A DNA stretch of 63,530 bases, the filler included. It is 7 parts of 7 records of this genome, joined end to end, with 100 filler letters (N's around TTAATTAATTAA, not from the genome) between each part and the next. Parts side by side here need not be neighbours in the genome. Positions count along the whole stretch, not along the records: positions 30,965 to 39,394 come from SRR31156797_9273; positions 39,495 to 58,177 come from SRR31156797_9279; 5 more parts are not named here. One strand, written 5' to 3'. The translations under genes were made by a program, and so were the position numbers. Of this stretch, positions 34,101 through 42,721 are shown piece after piece (position 1 is the stretch's first letter; the number at the start of each line of letters is the position of its first letter). The notes under the pieces were generated by a model that was given only the letters and a program-made list of their open reading frames with translations, did not search any database and was not told the origin of the DNA.

Positions 34101-34243
34101 TTGAGGGGGAGGTTGATGCTGTGGTTTATAGGGTTAAAGAGGCTGTTGCAGGGATATTGAGTGAGGAGTTTGAGGTTGGTGAGCAGCCGAATTGTCGTTT
34201 TTGTGATTATGGAGAGATTTGCGAATTGAGGAATAAAAAATGA
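31184..34243 (+). CDS. UvrD/PcrA-like SF1 helicase fused to a PD-(D/E)XK nuclease with 4-Cys Fe-S staple
   Basis: AGPGSGKT, DEFQD, QCIYRFRGA, NYRS, TIHQSKGKE, YVAMTRA; C-terminal DCPLKF...IDRID...IIDYKTG...QLALY...CRFCDYGEIC; start moved to ATG 31184. Confidence 0.9.
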   Translation: MVASTLNDGQLKAVTYTEGPLLILAGPGSGKTLTISEKVVDLIDNGISAERILALTFSEKAAGEMQERIEKQIGIGSGISVSTFHSFCNELIRQFPLDMGISYGTRLISKEHSHVWGIRNIDAFAFENLTIPPVPYDLITSLMEGVSQFQDHLIDPDELKNYVDKRLSDPLIDDEEKDKLLKMADLERFYRHYQEYKWNNNFVDYDDMIAMACSLLEKNNVVKNVVKSRYDYILVDEFQDTNYAQLHLVHLLADDGKLTCVADDDQCIYRFRGAYLSNIKQLNDHYSDLEKVALEVNYRSTNQIVELSKQLVSCNPEREVKDFKAHNGDGELVKVVKAPDDDSEAEWVANEIKRLANEEGLDYQDIYILTRKRADGEKFSDALKAMMIPVEYVGSLQLSDFPVIQDALAYMKLLADPFNNGVSFAKVLFREGVTEHNLQKINLQALQVKKTDPTQGDGIYSVLLNEIDNIDITQAELVKSILSRIEEVISYKKNHLPSDTVKYLLTQKTDLYRSQLARNDDHSRRNIKLLNSLVQMVADLELVDGGSEFEAVMEHLALVFNMDIDEGEASEDNTVKAMTIHQSKGKEARVVFVCDLAARHLPLQHRRKPFTVPSDMAKGVQRNADEKELHLEEERRLAYVAMTRAKEKLYLVFPEKYAANVNPSKPSQFLTEIDYENNPLIELIEACKSGVYHGPISVSLLQRKKEEYENLVSMYARQGQLDQALESIVVLAQLKELEMNGNLSAFDLGSFLKVSPLEPAELDDLVDGKVPPLVDQNMRFSASKIKEYMDCPLKFKYNSVLRIPTPQKGYFNVGTSVHGVYEEMIRQKMQGKNPSVAEAKTMLNDTWDGSAYTSITREQQEKSKIENMLDIWFDFEKNNSNETIDVEQWFDLELEGNHFVGSIDRIDKTPDDEYIIIDYKTGKTPLSKKKMKEDVQLALYCLAVKEKYGKLPVQAGHFYVHPELSDMRLVDVVEGEVDAVVYRVKEAVAGILSEEFEVGEQPNCRFCDYGEICELRNKK

Positions 34244-34449
34244 ATTTCATTTTAGGTTCATTTATAAGTGATAATATGATACTGGCAAGAGGCACTAAAT
34301 ATAGATATGTAGAAGGCATGGCTCGCAAATATGTTAAAATGAATTAGTCTTTTGATTATTTCTTGATGAAAATGAGTTGGAAAACTATAAATTTTGATAA
34401 ATTCGAAAAGTCATAATCTAATGAAAATAATATGTGTTTGGGAATTAGC

Positions 34450-35016
34450 ATGAATTTCGAGGAAAGATTGGAGCAACTAAAAGATGAACTCCAAAAGGAT
34501 GATTTTTTGAAAGCAAGAGGTCTTGGAAATGAAATTCCTTTCTGGATATTCGATTATCCGGCAGATAAAGAGCTTCTTATGAGAAATACTGTTGACAAAA
34601 TAGTTACAGGTCTTGCTAAAGAGTCCATTAATGTACTTAATATTGATCTGTATGATATGTGCCTTGAAATATTGCAGCAGATACCCGAAGAGAAGATAAT
34701 TGCACTTGAGAAAAAGAGAGGTTCGGACGCACTGCTCAAAAAGCTGAAACTCATGCTGAAACCGGATGTTCTTAGAAATGCAATTATGACAAAAGTTGAA
34801 GATGCAGGAGATTCAGATATTGTTTTTTTAACTGGTGCCGGAAAAGCATGGCCAATGATAAGATCACATTCAATCCTGAACAACCTGCAGCCAGTATTTG
34901 ATAAAACCCCACTTGTTTTATTTTATCCAGGGGAATATAGTGAATTTGACCTGAGCTTATTTGGAAAACTGAGTGCTAAAAATTATTACAGAGCTTTCAG
35001 ACTTATCAACATTTAA
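34450..35016 (+). CDS. brxB: BREX protein BrxB (DUF1788)
   Basis: GLGNEIPFWIFDYP, GKAWPMIRSHSILNNLQ, FYPGEY, NYYRAF. Confidence 0.92.
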   Translation: MNFEERLEQLKDELQKDDFLKARGLGNEIPFWIFDYPADKELLMRNTVDKIVTGLAKESINVLNIDLYDMCLEILQQIPEEKIIALEKKRGSDALLKKLKLMLKPDVLRNAIMTKVEDAGDSDIVFLTGAGKAWPMIRSHSILNNLQPVFDKTPLVLFYPGEYSEFDLSLFGKLSAKNYYRAFRLINI

Positions 35017-35038
35017 TGACTTTTAATGAGTGTTTATT

Positions 35039-38000
35039 ATGATCAATGGAATCAAAATTGAAGACCTTTTCCTGAAAGATGTTAAGAGAAACATCAATGG
35101 AGTTATTAAGGTCGATCAGGATGATGAAGCAAGCATCTACACAGAGCTTGATGAATATGTTGTGACCAAAGAATCAAGGGAGCATTTTGATAGATTCTTC
35201 ACAAGATATCACAATGCTACACAGGAACCCACTGATAAGATCGGGATTTGGGTCTCAGGTTTTTTTGGTTCCGGTAAATCTCATTTTATAAAGATACTGT
35301 CATATTTGATGGAAAACAAGACCATTAATGGGAAGACATCTCTTGATTTCTTCAAGGAGAAAATTGAAGATCCTCTTATTTTTGATAACATTGAGAGATC
35401 AGTCAATTATGGTACAAAGGATGTAATCCTGTTCAATATCGATTCCAAAGCAAGCACTGTTGATAGGGACAACGAGCTCATTGTCAATGTGATGATGCGG
35501 GCCTTTAATGAAAAGAGAGGCTACTACAGGGATGTGTTCTGGATTGCTGAGATGGAGGAAGATCTGGACAATAAAGGTCTTTTCAGCTCATTTAAGGAAG
35601 AGTTCCTGAAAATAAACGGTGACCCCTGGGAGGACAGGAGAAGTAGTTATGCTTTTGAGTATGATGATGTCGTTGATGCTCTGGTAAATTGTGGATACCA
35701 GAGCAGGGATGCATGTGAAAAACTCTTCGAAAATGATGGGGTAGCATATCATTTTGATGTTGAGAAATTTGCTGAGAAACTAAAAAAATACTGCGATTCT
35801 AAAGGAAATGACCACCAGATCATTTTCCTTATAGATGAGATAGGACAATACATAGGTGAGAATAGTGAGCTAATGCTGAATCTTCAGAGCATTGTTGAAG
35901 AGCTTGGTACCAAACTTCATGGTAAAGCATGGGTGATCGTTACATCACAGGCTGATATTGACTTGATCACTCAGGAGAAAGTGAAAGCTTATGACTTCTC
36001 TAAGATCCAGGGGCGTTTTGATACCCGTTTGAGCCTTTCCAGTGCCAATGTGGATGAGGTTATCAAAAGAAGGATCCTTGCAAAGAAGGAAGATTATAAG
36101 GATACGCTTTCAGTTTATTTTGATGAAAAACAGACTATACTTAAAAACCTGTTATCTTTCTCAAACGGTACAGCACAGATGAAGTTGTATTCGGGATCAG
36201 ATGACTTCACTAATGTCTATCCGTTTGTTCCATACCAGTTCATTATCTTGCAGAAAGTGTTCGATCAGATTAGGCAGACCGGTTATACCGGAAAACATCT
36301 TGCAAAAGGTGAGAGGTCTTTGCTCAATGCTTTCAAGGAAGCAACTGAGAAGTACTGCGATGATGGAATTGGTATTCTTGTGCCTTTCTCTTCTTTTTAT
36401 AGTACAGTGGAAAACTTCCTTGATCCTATCATTAAACGTACAATCAAACAGGCGGAAGAGAATGATGTTTTGAACAGTGAAGACTGTGACCTATTAAAAA
36501 TACTGTTCATGATACGCCATGTGGCCGATGTCCAGCCAAACCTTGAGAACCTAGTGGCATTGTCTGTTTCAAGTGTTGATGAGGATAAGCTTGAGCTTAA
36601 GAAGAGAGTTGCTGAATCTCTGAAGAAGCTGGAAGGACAGACACTTATCAATAAATCAGGGGATAGCTACTCTTTCCTGACCAATGAGGAACAGGAGATC
36701 AACAGGGAGATCAAGAATCTTGATGTCGATAGACATTTGATCCTTGATGATATTTTCAAGGTTGTTTTTGAGTCAAATGATATCTGTCCTAAGAACAGTA
36801 AATATGTTTTTAACAAAGTACTTGATGACAAGATCAAGCCCATAAACAACGCAGACATTACGGTCAAGTTCCTGACACCACTTTCTGATGAGCTCACAAG
36901 AGGTAGCGGACAAAGGACCCTTCATGGAGACAATCTGAGCAATATAGACTCTACTGATACGCTGCTTTTCATATTCCCCGAAAAGAGCGAGTTCGTGGAT
37001 ATGGTGAGAAAGTACCTGAAGATTAACAAGTATCTCACTCAGAACAGCTCAAGGTCTAACAATGAGATCCTTCACAGAATACTGCTTGATAAGACACAGG
37101 AAATGGAGAGGCTTAAGGAGTCTGCTGTTAAGTCTATTTATGAAGGAGCTTCTGAGTCGAGGATATTCATCCATGGTAAGGAAGTAACAAGTATCGGTAA
37201 CAAGAACCCTAAGGACAGGGTTAAGGAAGGTCTTGTCATCCTTTTTGAGAATGTGTTCAGTAAGGAAGGATATGTTACGAGAGATTTTGATTCCGATACA
37301 GACGTGTTGCGTGTTCTTAGGTCGGATGATCTTGAGAAATTTGGTTTCGGTAAATCTGAGGTCAATAAAAGAGCCTTGAAAGAGATCCTTGATTATGTGG
37401 AAATTCGTACCGAAAAGAACGATAATGTCATTTTGAAGGAGATTAAGAACAGGTTCTCAGGGAAACCTTATGGCTGGAAGGATATGACAATATCTGGTCT
37501 TGTGGCGACCCTTTTTGCAGCTGAGGATATTAAACTGAGATACCAGAAAACAACACTTCAGGGGAATCCTGAGGAAATTGCCAGATATCTTACGAGGAAG
37601 GATGATGCTGAACGTGTAATCCTTGAGATCCGTAAGCCTGCAGGAATGGAGACAATCAATAATGTCAAGTCGGTACTTCGGGATGTGTTCGAGAAGACGG
37701 CTATTCCTGATAAGGAGAAGGACCTTTTCGATCGTTGTCATGAGATACTTACCGATGAGATGAGAAGTATTGACAAGATCGCAGGAAAGTATGCTGAAGA
37801 GAAACGCTATCCTGGAGTGAAAGATATTGGAGTCTACGATCAATTCCTGAAAGAGGTATTGAGCATTACTGATCCTTCTCAGTTCCTTGGAAAGATATCA
37901 GATGACAAAGACACCCTTACAGAGCTGAAAGAAAAGGTAAGCCCTGTGATGAGATTCTTTGGCAGCCCGCAGGTAGATATTTTTAGAAAGGTTGCGAGGA

Positions 38001-38590
38001 AGATAGATTCCTTCAAGAGAAACGAACAGTTCCTTGATCCTGATGGAAGATTCGCCATTAAAGAGATTGAAAGAATACTGGACCTTGATGAACCATATTC
38101 CGAGATCAAGAACCTAAAGGGACATGAGCTCACCATTGAGAGTTCACTTAGAACAAGCCTTGACAATCTAAAAGAGAAGTTCTTTGATAAGCTTAATACT
38201 GCTAAAACTGAGGTAGAGGATGAACTTAACCAGCATTCGACACTATCCAATGAATTCAAACTCTCTGTGATGATATCTTTTGAGAAGGTTGAGGTTGCTG
38301 TTACATCTTCAGATGAATGTTCGTTTGTGAAGCTTCAGCTTGATAGGATCGATGGCGACCAAAGAATCGCTTTTGATGAGATCAATAAACAGTTGCATGT
38401 CATTAAAGAACCTCCTGCCGAAGGTGGCGATGAACCGGTTGCACCCCCTGTTCGTGGAACAACGATGCTGGAACCTACAGTATTCCGTTCTGTGAGTGTT
38501 ATAAGAACAGAAGAAGACCTTAATACATACATCGAGTCGTTGCGTGCAAAACTTAGTGCTATCCTTAAGGACAGCAATATCAAGGTGTGA
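35039..38590 (+). CDS. brxC: BREX P-loop ATPase BrxC
   Basis: RNINGVIKV, ELDEYVVT, GFFGSGKSH, LIDEIGQY, KIQGRF, YPFVPYQF, GERS, PYGW. Confidence 0.95.
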   Translation: MINGIKIEDLFLKDVKRNINGVIKVDQDDEASIYTELDEYVVTKESREHFDRFFTRYHNATQEPTDKIGIWVSGFFGSGKSHFIKILSYLMENKTINGKTSLDFFKEKIEDPLIFDNIERSVNYGTKDVILFNIDSKASTVDRDNELIVNVMMRAFNEKRGYYRDVFWIAEMEEDLDNKGLFSSFKEEFLKINGDPWEDRRSSYAFEYDDVVDALVNCGYQSRDACEKLFENDGVAYHFDVEKFAEKLKKYCDSKGNDHQIIFLIDEIGQYIGENSELMLNLQSIVEELGTKLHGKAWVIVTSQADIDLITQEKVKAYDFSKIQGRFDTRLSLSSANVDEVIKRRILAKKEDYKDTLSVYFDEKQTILKNLLSFSNGTAQMKLYSGSDDFTNVYPFVPYQFIILQKVFDQIRQTGYTGKHLAKGERSLLNAFKEATEKYCDDGIGILVPFSSFYSTVENFLDPIIKRTIKQAEENDVLNSEDCDLLKILFMIRHVADVQPNLENLVALSVSSVDEDKLELKKRVAESLKKLEGQTLINKSGDSYSFLTNEEQEINREIKNLDVDRHLILDDIFKVVFESNDICPKNSKYVFNKVLDDKIKPINNADITVKFLTPLSDELTRGSGQRTLHGDNLSNIDSTDTLLFIFPEKSEFVDMVRKYLKINKYLTQNSSRSNNEILHRILLDKTQEMERLKESAVKSIYEGASESRIFIHGKEVTSIGNKNPKDRVKEGLVILFENVFSKEGYVTRDFDSDTDVLRVLRSDDLEKFGFGKSEVNKRALKEILDYVEIRTEKNDNVILKEIKNRFSGKPYGWKDMTISGLVATLFAAEDIKLRYQKTTLQGNPEEIARYLTRKDDAERVILEIRKPAGMETINNVKSVLRDVFEKTAIPDKEKDLFDRCHEILTDEMRSIDKIAGKYAEEKRYPGVKDIGVYDQFLKEVLSITDPSQFLGKISDDKDTLTELKEKVSPVMRFFGSPQVDIFRKVARKIDSFKRNEQFLDPDGRFAIKEIERILDLDEPYSEIKNLKGHELTIESSLRTSLDNLKEKFFDKLNTAKTEVEDELNQHSTLSNEFKLSVMISFEKVEVAVTSSDECSFVKLQLDRIDGDQRIAFDEINKQLHVIKEPPAEGGDEPVAPPVRGTTMLEPTVFRSVSVIRTEEDLNTYIESLRAKLSAILKDSNIKV

Positions 38591-38595
38591 TCTTT

Positions 38596-39394
38596 GTGGA
38601 TAAAAAAAGCATAGAGGTATTCTCAAACACTGTAAGGGACAAACTCCTTCAGGAGATCAAGAACCAGGCATTTAATCTCGGGATTACCCCAGAGGCCATA
38701 CTCCCTGTGGACACAACCGCTGAAGATGCTATTGTGATCGGTGGCAAGGTCTTCAAAAAGGAGATCATGCAGCAACGCAAACAACTCGTCAGAACGGTAG
38801 AGGAAAAAGGCTATGATCAGGTAATGGATGAGGTCACATATACCTGGTTCAACCGTTTTGTAGCCCTTAAGTTCATGGAGTCAAACTCATACCTCCCTGT
38901 AAAGGTATTCTCCCCCGAAGACCCGACCGACCACGAGCCGGAAATCTTCAGCAAAGCAACATCCATAGATTTTCTCGATCTTGACAGGATAAAGATCCTC
39001 GACCTTAAAACAGACAACAAGGACGATGAACTTTACAGATACCTGATCCTTTCCACCTGCAACTACCTCAACAAGATCATGCCCTTCCTGTTCGAGCATA
39101 TCGAGGACTACACCGAACTCCTCCTCCCTACAAACCTTCTACACACTGATTCCATTATCCACGACCTGAACAGCATTATTCCGGAGGAAGACTGGCGTGA
39201 AGTCGAGGTCATCGGTTGGATCTATCAGGATTATGTTAACCCAAGAAAGGACAATGTGTTCAAAGACCTAAAAAAGAACATAAAGATCAGCAAAGAGAAC
39301 ATCCCTGCAGCTACGCAGCTTTTTACACCGAAGTGGATTGTCAAGTACATGGTGGAGAATTCCCTAGGTCGTCTCTGGCTTGAATCAAATCCAA
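38596..39394 (+). CDS. pglX: BREX adenine methyltransferase PglX (3' partial)
   Basis: YTWFNRFVALKFME, EVIGWIYQ, IPAATQLFTPKWIVKYMVENSLGRLW; GTG start after AGGTG. Confidence 0.92.
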
Positions 39395-39494
39395 NNNNNN
39401 NNNNNNNNNNNNNNNNNNNNNNNNNNNNNNNNNNNNNNTTAATTAATTAANNNNNNNNNNNNNNNNNNNNNNNNNNNNNNNNNNNNNNNNNNNN
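39395..39494. other. Artificial contig spacer
   Basis: N44-TTAATTAATTAA-N44. Confidence 0.98.
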
Positions 39495-39522
39495 TATTGA
39501 TATGGCCATGGCCATATCAATA
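39495..39522. repeat. Perfect 28-bp palindrome at contig start
   Basis: TATTGATATGGCCA|TGGCCATATCAATA. Confidence 0.9.
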
Positions 39523-39618
39523 ATCCAACCTATTACAAAAAGTTATTCAACAACCATGACAGCCTCTAAGTAGGAAACTTGTGCTAAGGGCATAGTTGAT
39601 TACTTTTTTCAGCATTTT

Positions 39619-39660
39619 TTTGTTGACAAATAATTTGACTTTAGCAATATTGTCGACAAT
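39619..39660. promoter_or_regulatory. Putative GntR (FadR-type) operators
   Basis: TTTGTTGACAAA (39619-39630) and perfect ATTGTCGACAAT (39649-39660) upstream of gntR; first box contains TTGACA. Confidence 0.7.
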
Positions 39661-39729
39661 TGAAAGAATAGACAACTGTACAAATCATAAATAAACATCT
39701 TTTGGATTTTGCCGGAAGCGGAGGGCCTT

Positions 39730-40380
39730 ATGCGAATCTTGGGTGTAACTCAAAGCGTGGTTGAGCATCTGCGGGACAAGATCATTACGGGTGAATTGGG
39801 TGCGGGAGAGAAACTCAGCGAGATGGCGTTATCCTCTCAGCTCGGCATCAGCCGGGCGCCCCTGCGTGAGGCGTTTCGTGTCCTCGAAGAGGGGCAATTG
39901 GTGGTTATGGTACCCCGAAAGGGATGTTATGTGGCGGGTATCTCTGTGGCGGATTTCAAGGAACTCTACCAGGCAAGGGAGATGGTCGAATGCTTTTGCG
40001 TGGATTTGATCAAAGAAAAAAAAATAAAGGATTTCCGAGGCATTGAACAAGCCTTGGAGGTCTGTTCCCATACCCCCTTCCCTCCCCACGATGATCGCCG
40101 GAAGAAACTGGACTATTTGAAGGTCTTTGCCGGGTTTCACGAAAAGCTGGTGGAAACCGCCGGAAACAAACAACTCATTCACATTTATGGAAGAATCAGT
40201 CTGAACTTGGCTCGATATCAGTTCATGTACGCCTATCTCCCCGGCCTGACCCATAACTCCCAGTCAGGGCACATGGAGCTCTTGAATCTGATCAAGGAGG
40301 GGGAGAATGTGAAGGCAAAAAGCCTTCTGCGGACCCACATCAAGGAGTTTGTCAAGCTGGTGGAGCCGATGATCTCTTGA
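39730..40380 (+). CDS. GntR/FCD-family transcriptional regulator
   Basis: GEKLSE...LGISRAPLREA HTH, FHEKL FCD domain; ATG 39730 after GGAGG (alternative TTG 39709). Confidence 0.92.
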   Translation: MRILGVTQSVVEHLRDKIITGELGAGEKLSEMALSSQLGISRAPLREAFRVLEEGQLVVMVPRKGCYVAGISVADFKELYQAREMVECFCVDLIKEKKIKDFRGIEQALEVCSHTPFPPHDDRRKKLDYLKVFAGFHEKLVETAGNKQLIHIYGRISLNLARYQFMYAYLPGLTHNSQSGHMELLNLIKEGENVKAKSLLRTHIKEFVKLVEPMIS

Positions 40381-40463
40381 CCTATGAAAATCTGGGACGA
40401 ATGCGTTGGTTCATTCTGTGAAGTCGGAGTGTGTTTGTAAGAGGGAAGAAAGGGTCGGAGATC

Positions 40464-41018
40464 ATGGAAGAGATCCGTTTTCATGGCAGGGGAGGTCAAG
40501 GGGCTGTTATTGCCTCGTGGATTCTGGGCTATGGCTTTTTCCTGGAGGGGAAGCATGCTCAGGCATTTCCTACCTTTGGCGCGGAAAGAAGGGGTGCTCC
40601 GGTTGAGGCGTTTGTTCGAATGGATGATTCATTTGTCAATCTTCGAAGCAAGGTGGTCAAACCCCATCATGTGATTGTAATGGGGGACAAATTGGTTCGG
40701 TTTGTTGACGTGACGGCCGGAATTCAAGAAGGGGGATTGGTTCTGATAAACAGCAGCAAGGGTCCAGAGGAATTTGGCAGTTTAAAAGGCAAATTCCGGG
40801 TCAAAACCATGGACGTAAATTCGGTGGCGGAAAAAAACGGGCTTGGTGCCAAAACCAGTCCCTTTATTAATACACCCATCCTTGGAGCGTTTTTGGGGTT
40901 CACCGGGTTGGTAAGGCAGGAAAACATTATTGCAGGTATTCGGAAATTTATTTTAACCCGGCCGGAAAGCAATATTGAGGCGTTCCAGGAGGCCTACTCG
41001 CTTGCGAAAGGCGCATAG
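40464..41018 (+). CDS. 2-oxoacid:acceptor oxidoreductase gamma subunit
   Basis: EIRFHGRGGQG, FGAERRGAPV. Confidence 0.93.
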   Translation: MEEIRFHGRGGQGAVIASWILGYGFFLEGKHAQAFPTFGAERRGAPVEAFVRMDDSFVNLRSKVVKPHHVIVMGDKLVRFVDVTAGIQEGGLVLINSSKGPEEFGSLKGKFRVKTMDVNSVAEKNGLGAKTSPFINTPILGAFLGFTGLVRQENIIAGIRKFILTRPESNIEAFQEAYSLAKGA

Positions 41019-41077
41019 GACAAGATTGTGGACGTGTAATAATCGCCATTGGGCGACAGCAAAATAAGAGAAAAAAC

Positions 41078-42721
41078 ATGCTGGAGATCTTAGAGTCCTC
41101 ATATACAAAAGATAGGAAGCGCCCCAAACACTCTATTGTAGACTTCCCCATTTCCCAAGGAGATACCTCTTCGAATCTTACCGGTTCATGGAGAACTCTC
41201 CTGCCGGTTTTTCAAGAGGGTCTGGCTCCTTGCGCCGAGGCATGTCCCGCTAATAATGACATTCCAAAACAGATGGGTCTGGTTCGCCAAGGGAAACTGA
41301 GTGAGGCATTGAACATCATTCGGGAAAACAATCCCCTTCCGGCGGTTTGCGGTCGGGTTTGCCCCCATTTCTGTGAGGAGAGCTGTAATCGGGGTGAATT
41401 TGATGAATCGGTGAGCATCCGTATTGTGGAACGATTCATTGGCGATTACGGGCTCGATATCCCCCACCAAAAAAAGACGGATAACATCAAAGGAAAGGTC
41501 GCTGTGGTTGGAAGCGGACCGGCAGGTTTGTCGGCGTCGTATTTTTTGGCCAGGCAGGGAGTGGTTGTGGATCTATACGAACGGGAAGCCAGGGCCGGAG
41601 GCCTCCTTCGCCATGGGATTCCCGAGTATCGGCTGCCCAGGAATGTGCTGGACCGCGAGATCGAAAACATTTTTGCACTTGGCATTAACTTTCTGAATGA
41701 AAGGTCTATTGGAGTTGAAGATCTGGCAATACTGAAAGAAAAGTATGATTTCGTATTTTATTCTCCCGGTTTGTGGGGTCGAAACATTCCCCAATGGGGG
41801 TATTCGGGGAAGAGCGTATTCGACGGCTTGAATGTACTCAAGGAGATTCATGAAGGTAATACTCCGCCCCTGGGAAAAAGGGTTGCCGTTGTGGGTGGTG
41901 GTAGCACGGCCATGGACGTAGCCCGGGTATTGAGGCGATTTGGCAAGGAGGTAACCATTTTTTACCGTCGAACCTTGGCCGAATCCCCGGCTTTTATCGA
42001 TGAAATCCAAGAGACCATTGAAGAAGAAATTCAAATTCTGGAAAAAAAAGGGATCACACACATTGAGGACCGGCAAGATGGTTCTTTGTTAATGGAGATT
42101 CAGGGAGTTCTAACAAGATCAGACGGAAAAATTTTTCATAGGGGCGAAAAGACCCACACCATTGTTGATAGTGTAGTCGCGGCGGTTGGACAGATACCGG
42201 AAACGGGTTTTGAAAAAGATACGAAGGTTTTTCTCGGGGGTGACTATGAAACAGGCGAAGGGACCGTGGTACATGCCATTGCCTCCGGGAAGAAGGGTGC
42301 ATTTGCAATTCTGGAAAGAATGGGTGCCCTGAACAAAGGTGAAACGGATGAATCCTCTGGGAAAGCTGGTGGGCCGCCCACCCATAAAATCGTCGGCTAC
42401 CAGGATCTTAGCACTGTTTATTTCAGAAGAAGCAATCGGTTGATGCCGAACAAGCGATACTGGGAGAAGCGAACCCGCAATTTTTTTGAGATAGAATCGC
42501 AGGTCTCCAAAGAAACCATATTTTCCGAGGCCGATCGTTGCTTTCGTTGCGGGACTTGTACCTTGTGCGAAACCTGTTGGTACTTTTGTCCCGACGGATG
42601 TGTCACCAAAAACCTGAACGAACCTCAACCGATCCATTTCGATACGGATTTTTGCAAAGGGTGTGCCGTCTGCTCCGTAGTATGCCCTCGGGGATGTATT
42701 ACCATGGTGGAAGAGCAATGA
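41078..42721 (+). CDS. POR delta-like ferredoxin fused with GltD/NfnB-like FAD/NAD(P) oxidoreductase
   Basis: PorD-like NLTGSWR start, CAEACP/CGRVCP..CE..C, GSGPAG, GIPEYRL, GGGSTA..YRR, C-terminal 2x[4Fe-4S]. Confidence 0.85.
   Translation: MLEILESSYTKDRKRPKHSIVDFPISQGDTSSNLTGSWRTLLPVFQEGLAPCAEACPANNDIPKQMGLVRQGKLSEALNIIRENNPLPAVCGRVCPHFCEESCNRGEFDESVSIRIVERFIGDYGLDIPHQKKTDNIKGKVAVVGSGPAGLSASYFLARQGVVVDLYEREARAGGLLRHGIPEYRLPRNVLDREIENIFALGINFLNERSIGVEDLAILKEKYDFVFYSPGLWGRNIPQWGYSGKSVFDGLNVLKEIHEGNTPPLGKRVAVVGGGSTAMDVARVLRRFGKEVTIFYRRTLAESPAFIDEIQETIEEEIQILEKKGITHIEDRQDGSLLMEIQGVLTRSDGKIFHRGEKTHTIVDSVVAAVGQIPETGFEKDTKVFLGGDYETGEGTVVHAIASGKKGAFAILERMGALNKGETDESSGKAGGPPTHKIVGYQDLSTVYFRRSNRLMPNKRYWEKRTRNFFEIESQVSKETIFSEADRCFRCGTCTLCETCWYFCPDGCVTKNLNEPQPIHFDTDFCKGCAVCSVVCPRGCITMVEEQ

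Noticed and set aside
33510-34243. Cas4 / CRISPR system
   Set aside because: The Cas4-like fold is fused to a UvrD helicase; no cas1/cas2 or repeat-spacer array was seen in the window.
34244-34449. Hidden brxA between helicase and brxB
   Set aside because: About 200 nt, AT-rich, too short for a roughly 200-aa BrxA.
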